DNA of 64,000 nucleotides from a virus, in IMG/VR virus record IMGVR_UViG_3300027747_004722, positions 35,016-99,015 of that record. One strand, 5' to 3'. Each line of letters begins with the position of its first letter. Position 1 is the first letter of the stretch. The notes under the pieces were generated by a model. That model saw nothing but the letters and a program-made list of their open reading frames with translations, made no database searches and was not told where the DNA came from. Below are positions 29,059 through 36,939 of the stretch, one piece after another. Both the position numbers and the translations under genes were made by a program.

Positions 29059-29739
29059 ATGAATTTCAAAAGTTGGTTGGAGAGTTATAAGGACATAGAT
29101 CACGAGAAGGAAAGCGAACGGATCCAGGGCATCAATATGACCGCCAGCCTTCCGTTGTCCGACAGGCCTCCCTTGGATCAGATTGGGGAACTGACGAGGG
29201 GTTTCCATTTGAATACGATCATAGGTCGCATGATGCAGCCGTGGGTCGTTGGTTTGAACTTTGCCCCATTGGATCGCGAGACAGCCGGCATCGATCCTTA
29301 CAAGTGGCGTGTGAGCGACACGGACAAGCGAGGCAATAATGCCTACAAGGCGGCCTACGAATTGTTCAAGCAGGAGATCGCGAACGCAGTTTCTTCTTTG
29401 CCCTTCAAGACCGGCATGAACGTCGTATCGGGCAAGCCCGAGGATGTGCTGGCGAAGTCCAAGGACTTTTTTAGAGCCTACCAAGCAGAGGACAAGGGAC
29501 TGATCGAGTCATTGGAGGCCGCGTGGAAGATATTCGTGGGCGTATTTGGTTTGCGCGGGAGCGAAACTCAAAAGAGGAATTTTCTGAACTTCATGCAGAT
29601 AGTTCAAGAAGAATTCATGACCATAGGCGAGATGTTGCCCACGATGGGCGACGACCCCGGCTCCAGGCGGGTCAACAATTCATTGGTTAAGCGTTTGAAT
29701 GGCGCTATGAAAAAGTTTGAGGCCATAAAGACTATTTGA
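29059..29739 (+). CDS. Hypothetical protein (MNFKSWLES N-terminus)
   Basis: TAAATA upstream, GAGG RBS. Confidence 0.7.
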   Translation: MNFKSWLESYKDIDHEKESERIQGINMTASLPLSDRPPLDQIGELTRGFHLNTIIGRMMQPWVVGLNFAPLDRETAGIDPYKWRVSDTDKRGNNAYKAAYELFKQEIANAVSSLPFKTGMNVVSGKPEDVLAKSKDFFRAYQAEDKGLIESLEAAWKIFVGVFGLRGSETQKRNFLNFMQIVQEEFMTIGEMLPTMGDDPGSRRVNNSLVKRLNGAMKKFEAIKTI

Positions 29740-29757
29740 TCTCGCAAATAGGCACTA

Positions 29758-29868
29758 TTTTATAGGGCGCGGGCTTGCACGAGCGGGAGCGGGTGCCGGG
29801 CGGCGACGTCGAGCTAAGCCCGTGTCCGGGCAACCGGACCGTAGGTTCGAATCCTACAGTTTCCGTCA
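29758..29868 (+). pseudogene. tRNA-Ser(GCT)-like element lacking the 5' acceptor/D strand, with a 36-nt anticodon-loop insertion
   Basis: Anticodon stem CGGGC/GCCCG, GCTAA, variable arm GTCCGG-GCAA-CCGGAC, T arm GTAGG-TTCGAAT-CCTAC, AGTTTCC-G 3' end. Confidence 0.65.
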
Positions 29869-29897
29869 AAAAAACGCTCCACGCCCCTAAATACGGC

Positions 29898-31700
29898 ATG
29901 GAATTCAGGCAGTGGCTCGAAAACGAAGAGCAGGATAACGACGGCAAGTACTGGGTCCGCACCAGCGACCTGGGCGTCATGGATGCCAAGCTCGAGAAGC
30001 TAAACCGAAGGGCGGCCAAGCTCAAGATGCCTCCCGTCACGATGCGCAAACTGAGCAGCAAGGTCGACCGCGAGGTCGGCCCCGATGGCCGCCGGCAGGA
30101 CGTGTCCAAGACGCAGATCGAGCTCGTGGGTGCCGCCCCCAAGCTGAAGGGATGGACATTCATCGCCCGCATAATGCACGGCGAGGGCGGCAACCTGATC
30201 ATGGGCGCCCCGGGCGAAGAGGTCCCGGCCAAGTACAGGACATCCCCGCCCGCGTGCGACCACTGCCGCTCCAACCGAAACAGGAAGGACACGTTCGTGG
30301 TCCGGAGCGACCAAGGCGAGTACAAGCAGGTGGGAACCAACTGCCTGCGCGACTTCCTCGGCACGGAAGACCCCGCGGCCTACGTCCTCTACTTCTCGGA
30401 GCTGAAGTCCTTGATGGACGACATCGAAAGCGACTTCTACGGAGGGGGAGGGAGGGCGTCCAACGAGATTGAGACCCTGAACTTCGTCACGACGACGATC
30501 GCCGTGATCAGGAAGCTGGGCTTCGTCAGCAAGAGGTCCGCCGAAGAGAGGGGCGGCACCACCACCTCAAGCGACGTGTCTAGGTACTACTTCGACGGGT
30601 CCAAGGACGGCAAGAAGTTCCAGGAGGCAATAGACGAGGTCCGCAGGCCTGACGACAGCGACAAGGCGAAGAAGATGATCGACTGGGCCAGGTCGCTCAA
30701 GGACGCCGGGAACGACGACATGGAACAGTACATGTGGAACCTTTCCGTTGCGTCCGAGAAGCTCACGGTCGATCCCAAGACCGCCGGACTGATCGCGAGC
30801 CTGCCCATGGCATACGACAGAGCCAACGGCACCTCGTCCGTCGCGTCGCGCCCCGCCGTGGCCGCACCTCCGACGCCTACCCTCAAGGCCGGCGACAAGT
30901 TCGAGGGCGTCCTGACCGTGGAGAAGGTTCGCTCGTGGGAGAACGACTACGGCGTCACGACGCTGCACATCATGAAGGACGAAGCGGGCCAGACCTACAA
31001 GTGGAAGGCGTCCCGCGAGAGCCTGGACGAGGGATCGAAGGTGAGAATAAAGGGGACGGTCAAGGTCGTCGAACCCGACAAGTACAACGGCAACATTCCG
31101 ACCGTAGAGCTGACGAGGTGCAAGGTCATCAACGTCGTGGTCGACGAAGAGCAAAGCAACTCCGTAGCCCAGAAAGCCGATCTAGAGAAAAGGTGGAAGG
31201 ACATACTGGGAGTGGAGCGAGCGGAGGCCTATGTGACGATGGGGAGAAACAGCTACAGGAGGCTCTCCGACGAGGAGATATCCGACCTCGCAGTCACCGT
31301 GGCGATCAAGATGTTCAAGGAAAGAGGAGGGGATCCCGACCGCCTCTTTGAGGAACTCAAGAACAGAGGGCCGCATGAAATTCGTTACCTGTCCAGCAGC
31401 GCGGACGCGTTCAGCGAAAAGAACCTAGAAACGGCCATGAAATTCATCGACGGCCAGATAAAAACATTTTCGGATCTAATCCCCAAGGCGCAGGCCAACA
31501 AGGAAGCGGAAGGGGTCATAGAGAAGCAGCTTGGCGAATTCAATCAAATCAAGAAGGACATCGTCGATTTCCTCGCCGTTCTCCGATCGAGGCAGGTGTC
31601 CGACTCGCTGGCCGAACTGAAGGAACTGGCGGACAAGCTCTGGTCGATCCACGTCATTGAGAGCCGCACCAAGGGCAGGAGCGTGGAGACGGGCCGCTGA
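29898..31700 (+). CDS. Conserved phage protein with Zn motif and OB-fold-like region
   Basis: CDHC...R.RK.TF, QVGTNCL.DF, YG.TTLH..KD..G; starts MEFRQWLE. Confidence 0.75.
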   Translation: MEFRQWLENEEQDNDGKYWVRTSDLGVMDAKLEKLNRRAAKLKMPPVTMRKLSSKVDREVGPDGRRQDVSKTQIELVGAAPKLKGWTFIARIMHGEGGNLIMGAPGEEVPAKYRTSPPACDHCRSNRNRKDTFVVRSDQGEYKQVGTNCLRDFLGTEDPAAYVLYFSELKSLMDDIESDFYGGGGRASNEIETLNFVTTTIAVIRKLGFVSKRSAEERGGTTTSSDVSRYYFDGSKDGKKFQEAIDEVRRPDDSDKAKKMIDWARSLKDAGNDDMEQYMWNLSVASEKLTVDPKTAGLIASLPMAYDRANGTSSVASRPAVAAPPTPTLKAGDKFEGVLTVEKVRSWENDYGVTTLHIMKDEAGQTYKWKASRESLDEGSKVRIKGTVKVVEPDKYNGNIPTVELTRCKVINVVVDEEQSNSVAQKADLEKRWKDILGVERAEAYVTMGRNSYRRLSDEEISDLAVTVAIKMFKERGGDPDRLFEELKNRGPHEIRYLSSSADAFSEKNLETAMKFIDGQIKTFSDLIPKAQANKEAEGVIEKQLGEFNQIKKDIVDFLAVLRSRQVSDSLAELKELADKLWSIHVIESRTKGRSVETGR

Positions 31701-31796
31701 TCACCGCCTGGCTCCCACTCTGTCATTCACACAGGCTTTATTCGGATCGGTCCCGCTGCCAATCCGCGCATTCTTGCTTTTTCTAAATATGTGGCC

Positions 31797-31825
31797 TTGC
31801 TCGCCTGGCCGGTTCGCGCTATACT
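31797..31825 (+). promoter_or_regulatory. Sigma70-like promoter
   Basis: TTGCTC-N17-TATACT. Confidence 0.6.
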
Positions 31826-31887
31826 GAGCGTAAGCCCGCAGAAACGCGGGTCCAAACATTTAACTTCTTAACTAGAAAGGCTGATTT

Positions 31888-32493
31888 ATGAGCGACGATA
31901 TTGACCGCCACACGCGGCACAGGATGGACGAAAGGACGGAGGAGGACTTCCGTACCGACATGTTCCAGTTCACCGAGAAGGAGAGGCTCTGGGGAGAGGT
32001 GCTCCAGCAGGAATTCGGGGCCCGACGCAGCCAGTGCTTGGTGGTCGAGAGCGGGGTCGACAACACCGGCTCCGTGATTCAAGGCAGACTCGCCAACTGC
32101 AACCCCGACAAGTTGTATGTGTTCCCGGGTCGAGCGGAGCAGAGGTACGTCGAGATCAAGACTATCCCGGAGGGGCACAACAGGTTCCACACCTTCAAGG
32201 TGTCGGCCCTGAAGGGGTGCCTGCAGTACGGGGCTCTCATCATCGTGCCGAAGCTGGATCACTATTTCATGTACGGCGCCAAGGCGATGGAGTTGATGCT
32301 TGAGCGGTGCGATGTCATACCGTTCTTCGGAGGCAAGCCATGCGTGCAGCCGTCGATGACCTTAATCAGGTGGATGGAGTCGCAGGGGTTGGTCCTCAGG
32401 AAGCGCTGGACGCCTGAGGCCCGCACGCTCATCGAGCGTTACAAGGCGACCCTTTTGGCAGACAGGATCACCAACCGCCGCATAGGTGCATAG
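31888..32493 (+). CDS. Putative PD-(D/E)XK nuclease
   Basis: E...NPDKLY...YVEIKT; AAAGG RBS. Confidence 0.55.
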   Translation: MSDDIDRHTRHRMDERTEEDFRTDMFQFTEKERLWGEVLQQEFGARRSQCLVVESGVDNTGSVIQGRLANCNPDKLYVFPGRAEQRYVEIKTIPEGHNRFHTFKVSALKGCLQYGALIIVPKLDHYFMYGAKAMELMLERCDVIPFFGGKPCVQPSMTLIRWMESQGLVLRKRWTPEARTLIERYKATLLADRITNRRIGA

Positions 32494-32501
32494 TTTCATG
32501 T

Positions 32502-32538
32502 GGGCCGGCCGGGACAAATTCCCGGCCGGCCCTCTTTT
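32502..32538 (+). terminator. Intrinsic terminator
   Basis: GGGCCGGCCGGGA-CAAAT-TCCCGGCCGGCCC-TCTTTT. Confidence 0.75.
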
Positions 32539-32555
32539 GAACGAGAGGGACGAGA

Positions 32556-35108
32556 ATGGAGGACGCCAAGAATGAGCGAGGTCGGATGCTGGATAATACC
32601 CAAGTCAATCACATCGAGTTGTGCGCCGGGTACGGCGGAATTGGTCTCGGACTATCAAGAGTTGTCCGAAATCTGCGCACAGTCGCTTTTTGTGAGATCG
32701 AAGCCTTCGCCGTCGCGAACCTGGTCTCTAAAATGGAAGAGGGACTCCTGGACCCAGCTCCTATTTGGTCGAATATCAAGACTTTCGACTTCGGAAAGTT
32801 TCACGGACTGGTGGACATCATCTCTGGCGGGTATCCGTGCTTCAAAGCAGGAACCATCGTCTGCACATATAGAGGATTCATCCCCATCGAGCAGGTCGTC
32901 GTTGGAGACATGGCTCTCACTCATCTCGGAAGGTGGCGAAGGGTCACCGCCGTCATGTCTAAACCTGGCGCCCCTGTCAGAAGGATCAAGGCGCAGGGCG
33001 TCCCGGGCATCGTCTGCACCGACGAACATCCCTTCTATACAAGGGACGGATGGAAGGACGCCAAGGACCTCAAGCGAGGGGACAGAATCGGTCAGGTGCT
33101 CCCTGAGGTTGTGGAGGACGACAGAAGCCCCGAGTTCTGGTGGGTCATCGGACGATACCTCGCAGACGGATGGAGACAGAAGCCTCCAACCCAGCATTGT
33201 GGAAGAATCACAATCTGCTGCGACCACAAGGAGGCGGACTTCCTCCAAGATAAAATCGCCGCCGCAGGGTTCCACTTCTATAGGAACACAGAAAGAACCG
33301 TCACTAGATTTGCCATCGTCAAGAAAGAACTCTACGAGTTCTGCGGACAGTTCGGATCCGGAGCCGCTGGAAAGCATCTCCCTGGATGGGTTCTTGGCCT
33401 TGATTCCGAACGGGCGAGGGCCCTCTGCAACGGCTACTTCACCGGAGACGGCCACAGAAGCCACAGATCAGGAAGTAAGTGGAGCGCCACAACAGTCAGC
33501 AGGGGCCTGTCTGTTTCTTTCGCCCTCCTCGCTCAAAGGGCTTTCGGAGTGGTTGCTTCAGTCAGAAAGCAGGAAGTCAAACCCAAAACAATCATTGAGG
33601 GCCGAACTGTCAATCAGCGACCCCAGTATATACTTACGGTTCCTGACCGAAATCGATCCGGAAAGGTTGAGGGAAACTACGGCTGGAAGTACGTCAGACA
33701 CAACGAGCCATGCGGAGTTGCCGATGTATACAACATCGCCGTCGACGAGGACGAGAGTTACTACGCCGACGGGGCCATCGTCCACAACTGCCAGCCGTTC
33801 TCCGCAGCAGGAAAGCGAAAGGGAAAAGAAGACGAACGACACCTCTGGCCCTGGATCGCAGATGGCATTCGACTTTGTGAACCAAGACTGTGCCTCTTCG
33901 AGAACGTCGAAGGACACATCTCGCTGGGACTCTCCACAGTCGTCAGCGACCTGGAAGAAATGGGTTACGATGTGTCGTGGGGAATATTCAGCGCGGCTGA
34001 AGTCGGCGCCCCTCACCAGCGCAAGCGGGTCTTCATTCTCGCCGCGAGAGATGGCTGGATGGCCCTCGCCGACCGCATCGGACTCGAACGCCCGCGGGAC
34101 GTCGCAGGGCAACAGGAATTCCCCGAACTTGCCCATATCGGTTCTGGAGAACGAAGCCGCGTGGCCGACGCCCCGCACGACGGACACGCAGGCGGGGCGG
34201 GGGTGTGTGCAGATAGGGAAGGGTCTGTACAGGCCGAGCAAGGCTCTGGAGGAGGGAAAGCTCGTCGGGGGCGCAAACCTCGCGGACGCGGTGACGGAGG
34301 GGTGGCCGACGCCTCGGACGCAGGACTCGAAGCACGGGGAGTGCACCCAGTACGAGCTCAACAGGGACAAGGGGAAGGACCTGCTCCATGTGCGGGTGGA
34401 AAGAGAGAAGATGTGGCCCACGGCTACGGCGAGGGACTGGAAGGACAGCCCGGGCATGTCGACGGTCTCGAAGAACCCGGACGGCTCCGTGAGGAACAGG
34501 ACGGACCTCCTTCCCCGCGCCGTGTACGCGCTTGGCCAGCAAGGCCAGGACAACAGCAATTCTGGTGGGAGCCTCCCCGCGTCGTCGGGCCAGTCCCAGC
34601 AAAACTGGCAGACTTTTGCGCCAGGAACCAACTGCAGGGGGGAGACTCCCCACAGGCAGGTGGTGAAGGCTCTGGTGAACGGGGACAAGCTGAAGACGCA
34701 GTGCCTCACGGTGGACCAGGTGTTCGCGGAGGAGATCAAGGGCACGAACAAGCAGAGGGAGACCTGGCCGACGCCGGTGGTAACGGACAGCATCGGCTCG
34801 GGGAACAGGAACCTGGAGGGCTCGAAGGCCCACGCGGGGGAGAGCCTGACGGACGTGGTGAACGGCGGCCAGAAGGCGAGGGTCAGCAAGAACACGGGCA
34901 AGCTGAACCCCCGCTGGGTGGAGACTCTCATGGGGGTCCCAGTTGGCTGGACCATGCCGAGCTGTACCTCTCCTGTGACAATAGAACCGACGAGCTGAGG
35001 CTACTCGGCAACGGCGTGGTGCCGGCAACCGCGGAGACCGCCTTCAGGATCCTCCTCGCGGAGATGTGGCAAAAGAGCCTCGGCGGACCTTCGCCAAGGG
35101 ACATATAG
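32556..35108 (+). CDS. C5-cytosine DNA methyltransferase, alpha chain (motifs I-VIII and X), intein-containing
   Basis: ELCAGYGG, CEIEAF, GYP|intein|CQPFS, ENVEG, PHQRKRVF, LRLLGNGVVP. Confidence 0.92.
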   Translation: MEDAKNERGRMLDNTQVNHIELCAGYGGIGLGLSRVVRNLRTVAFCEIEAFAVANLVSKMEEGLLDPAPIWSNIKTFDFGKFHGLVDIISGGYPCFKAGTIVCTYRGFIPIEQVVVGDMALTHLGRWRRVTAVMSKPGAPVRRIKAQGVPGIVCTDEHPFYTRDGWKDAKDLKRGDRIGQVLPEVVEDDRSPEFWWVIGRYLADGWRQKPPTQHCGRITICCDHKEADFLQDKIAAAGFHFYRNTERTVTRFAIVKKELYEFCGQFGSGAAGKHLPGWVLGLDSERARALCNGYFTGDGHRSHRSGSKWSATTVSRGLSVSFALLAQRAFGVVASVRKQEVKPKTIIEGRTVNQRPQYILTVPDRNRSGKVEGNYGWKYVRHNEPCGVADVYNIAVDEDESYYADGAIVHNCQPFSAAGKRKGKEDERHLWPWIADGIRLCEPRLCLFENVEGHISLGLSTVVSDLEEMGYDVSWGIFSAAEVGAPHQRKRVFILAARDGWMALADRIGLERPRDVAGQQEFPELAHIGSGERSRVADAPHDGHAGGAGVCADREGSVQAEQGSGGGKARRGRKPRGRGDGGVADASDAGLEARGVHPVRAQQGQGEGPAPCAGGKREDVAHGYGEGLEGQPGHVDGLEEPGRLREEQDGPPSPRRVRAWPARPGQQQFWWEPPRVVGPVPAKLADFCARNQLQGGDSPQAGGEGSGERGQAEDAVPHGGPGVRGGDQGHEQAEGDLADAGGNGQHRLGEQEPGGLEGPRGGEPDGRGERRPEGEGQQEHGQAEPPLGGDSHGGPSWLDHAELYLSCDNRTDELRLLGNGVVPATAETAFRILLAEMWQKSLGGPSPRDI
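32572..34998 (+). CDS. Overlapping +1-frame methyltransferase beta chain (WPTP repeats, motif IX-like)
   Basis: GGAGG 9 nt before ATG; 808 codons without a stop; six WP(T/S)P-like repeats; LNPRWVETLMGVPVGWT. Confidence 0.8.
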   Translation: MSEVGCWIIPKSITSSCAPGTAELVSDYQELSEICAQSLFVRSKPSPSRTWSLKWKRDSWTQLLFGRISRLSTSESFTDWWTSSLAGIRASKQEPSSAHIEDSSPSSRSSLETWLSLISEGGEGSPPSCLNLAPLSEGSRRRASRASSAPTNIPSIQGTDGRTPRTSSEGTESVRCSLRLWRTTEAPSSGGSSDDTSQTDGDRSLQPSIVEESQSAATTRRRTSSKIKSPPQGSTSIGTQKEPSLDLPSSRKNSTSSADSSDPEPLESISLDGFLALIPNGRGPSATATSPETATEATDQEVSGAPQQSAGACLFLSPSSLKGLSEWLLQSESRKSNPKQSLRAELSISDPSIYLRFLTEIDPERLRETTAGSTSDTTSHAELPMYTTSPSTRTRVTTPTGPSSTTASRSPQQESEREKKTNDTSGPGSQMAFDFVNQDCASSRTSKDTSRWDSPQSSATWKKWVTMCRGEYSARLKSAPLTSASGSSFSPREMAGWPSPTASDSNARGTSQGNRNSPNLPISVLENEAAWPTPRTTDTQAGRGCVQIGKGLYRPSKALEEGKLVGGANLADAVTEGWPTPRTQDSKHGECTQYELNRDKGKDLLHVRVEREKMWPTATARDWKDSPGMSTVSKNPDGSVRNRTDLLPRAVYALGQQGQDNSNSGGSLPASSGQSQQNWQTFAPGTNCRGETPHRQVVKALVNGDKLKTQCLTVDQVFAEEIKGTNKQRETWPTPVVTDSIGSGNRNLEGSKAHAGESLTDVVNGGQKARVSKNTGKLNPRWVETLMGVPVGWTMPSCTSPVTIEPTS
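32838..33788 (+). mobile_element. Intein (317 aa) with LAGLIDADG homing endonuclease
   Basis: CFKAGT start, TDEHPF block B, IGRYLADG and NGYFTGDG motifs, YNIAV..DESY, VHN|C end. Confidence 0.95.
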
Positions 35109-35111
35109 TCA

Positions 35112-35296
35112 ATCGGCCGGCCCCCGGGAGTTGAACCCGTGAGGCTGGCCGAAAAGACCCGGAGCCGAAAGCCCTACATGTGCGACACAAGCGGGGCTTG
35201 TGCGTTCGGAACGGTCAGCGCCGAGCGAACCCAAGGTCTATTCAGACTTGATCTGGGGGGGCTTCCCTTAAGGGAAATCCCGCACTAATTTAGTGT
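35112..35296 (+). ncRNA. Candidate structured non-coding RNA
   Basis: Six or more consecutive hairpins in an intergenic gap, beginning just after CATATA; strand inferred. Confidence 0.4.
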
Positions 35297-35323
35297 ATTA
35301 CGCATCAATTCTGGGAGGGTTCG

Positions 35324-35437
35324 ATGGGGCAGAACGGCAAGGGGGACAAGCCCCGCAGGAAGTCGGTCAACGAGGATACCTGGGCCAAGAACTGGGAGCG
35401 CATATTCGGCAAGAAGACGCCGGAGCCGAAGAAGTAG
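35324..35437 (+). CDS. Small phage peptide (not in ORF track)
   Basis: GGAGG RBS; MGQNGKGDKPRRKSVNEDTWAKNWERIFGKKTPEPKK. Confidence 0.65.
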   Translation: MGQNGKGDKPRRKSVNEDTWAKNWERIFGKKTPEPKK

Positions 35438-35459
35438 GCCCCGACCCATATATACCCCC

Positions 35460-35918
35460 ATGAGATTCGGGGATTGGCTCGCCAGGAGGATCGACGAGAA
35501 CACGCGATACAGCGTGGAGGTGAACTACCGCACCAAGTCGAGGGAGGTCCTGCGGGGCTTCGCGAAGATCGCCCTCGGCTACGTCAGCGCGGCCATGAAG
35601 AAGCGCGGGTACCATGTCAAGCAGGTCTTCGAGGAGGATCCGCCCCGCATAGTCGTGAGCTCGCGAAACTGGGACGACGGCGAGTGGGTCGGGATGATCC
35701 ACTACAGGGTGGCCGACCAGTGCTTCGTCGTCTCCAACGGCTTCTACAACAGGGACAGGAGGACCGTCAGCGTGCAGAGGTCGGAACGGTGTTCCGACGA
35801 CACCCCTGCGGAGATGACCAAGTCGCTTCTCAACCTCATGCACAGGCTCAAGGACGAGCCCGACATGCACAGGGAGAAGCTCAAGCCTGTTTTGCTCAAG
35901 AGGGGCCCGAAGAAGTAG
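35460..35918 (+). CDS. Hypothetical protein (MRFGDWLA N-terminus)
   Basis: ATG 5 nt after TATATA. Confidence 0.75.
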   Translation: MRFGDWLARRIDENTRYSVEVNYRTKSREVLRGFAKIALGYVSAAMKKRGYHVKQVFEEDPPRIVVSSRNWDDGEWVGMIHYRVADQCFVVSNGFYNRDRRTVSVQRSERCSDDTPAEMTKSLLNLMHRLKDEPDMHREKLKPVLLKRGPKK

Positions 35919-36876
35919 GCAAGCCCAGGCCCCACTCCTCGTACATGTCGTATTCGCGTTCGCCGGAGGCCAAAATCTGTTCGGCGGTCGCGGGGGGGAG
36001 TAGCGAGAAGGCGAATTCGAAGAGGCCCTTGCCTCTCTGCATCGCCTCTTCCCTTTCCATGTCGAAGAGCGACCTCATGAGGGCCACGTCGTACGCCACG
36101 CACTCGTAGCATTCGGCGGGGTTTCCTCCCGAGTTCCAGAAGTCGTCCGACTCGAGGCGTTCCCTGTCGACGCGCCAGAATTCCCTGTGCATCCCCTGCT
36201 CGCATAGGCTCACGCATTCCCTGCATATGTCGAAGACTAGACCCACGAGCATCGGCGAGGCCAGCCAGAAGTTGCCCATCGTCCTGTACTCCAGCCCGTG
36301 AGGCGGCTGCCTGTACCTTCCGGGCGATCCGTAGAGCCTCCTTCTTTCCCTGGCCCCCTTGGACGAGTCCATCGCGATAGAGGCAAGGCCGAGAACGAGG
36401 TCGAGCACCCTGACGAGCATGACGGCCTCCTCGTGGGACGCTCCCATGGCCGTCCCGATGTGAACATGTCCCCCGGCCGTGCGGAAACGGCCGTTCCTCA
36501 TGGCCCTGCGCACCTTGCCGTCTGGCACCATGCTCATGGAGTACGCGCAGTACTCCCTCTCGCATCCCGAACGCCTGGCCTCGGCGTGACGCACCTCGGA
36601 CTCCGGAAAGTCGCAGCAAGCCTCCGTGGTCAGGCGCAATGGACTCACAAGGGCCGCGTACCTGGAGAGCGCCACGCCCGCGTTGCGGACCGCCTCAGGC
36701 CTTGCCTTGGCCGGAGGCATGGTGCACTCGGCCAGAACGTTGTCGTAGAAGAACTCGCATCCGTCCACGAACAGACGGCTCTTCCTGTCGCCTGGAACTA
36801 CCCCTATGGCGCTCCTGGCCTCTCCGTGGCGGTCGCGCAGGATGAACTCTGGGTCGCTTCCGAAAGAGAAATCCAT
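35896..36876 (-). CDS. phiEco32-like COOH-NH2 ligase type 2
   Basis: GSDPEF, DNVLAE, RTAGGHVHIG, RRRLYG.PG.YR, GLEYRT.GNFW. Confidence 0.88.
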   Translation of the reverse strand: MDFSFGSDPEFILRDRHGEARSAIGVVPGDRKSRLFVDGCEFFYDNVLAECTMPPAKARPEAVRNAGVALSRYAALVSPLRLTTEACCDFPESEVRHAEARRSGCEREYCAYSMSMVPDGKVRRAMRNGRFRTAGGHVHIGTAMGASHEEAVMLVRVLDLVLGLASIAMDSSKGARERRRLYGSPGRYRQPPHGLEYRTMGNFWLASPMLVGLVFDICRECVSLCEQGMHREFWRVDRERLESDDFWNSGGNPAECYECVAYDVALMRSLFDMEREEAMQRGKGLFEFAFSLLPPATAEQILASGEREYDMYEEWGLGLPTSSGPS

Positions 36877-36939
36877 TTCGTGCCTTTCGAGGCAATAGAA
36901 TGACCTTTTTTTCCAAAAAGTCAACCCCTAAATACGCCC

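Noticed and set aside
33558-34955. 465-aa antisense ORF over the methyltransferase
   Set aside because: Mirror of the beta frame with no recognisable motifs
35113-35152. T-loop-like hairpin suggesting tRNA or tmRNA on the minus strand
   Set aside because: No D arm, anticodon arm or CCA end; kept only as part of the ncRNA candidate
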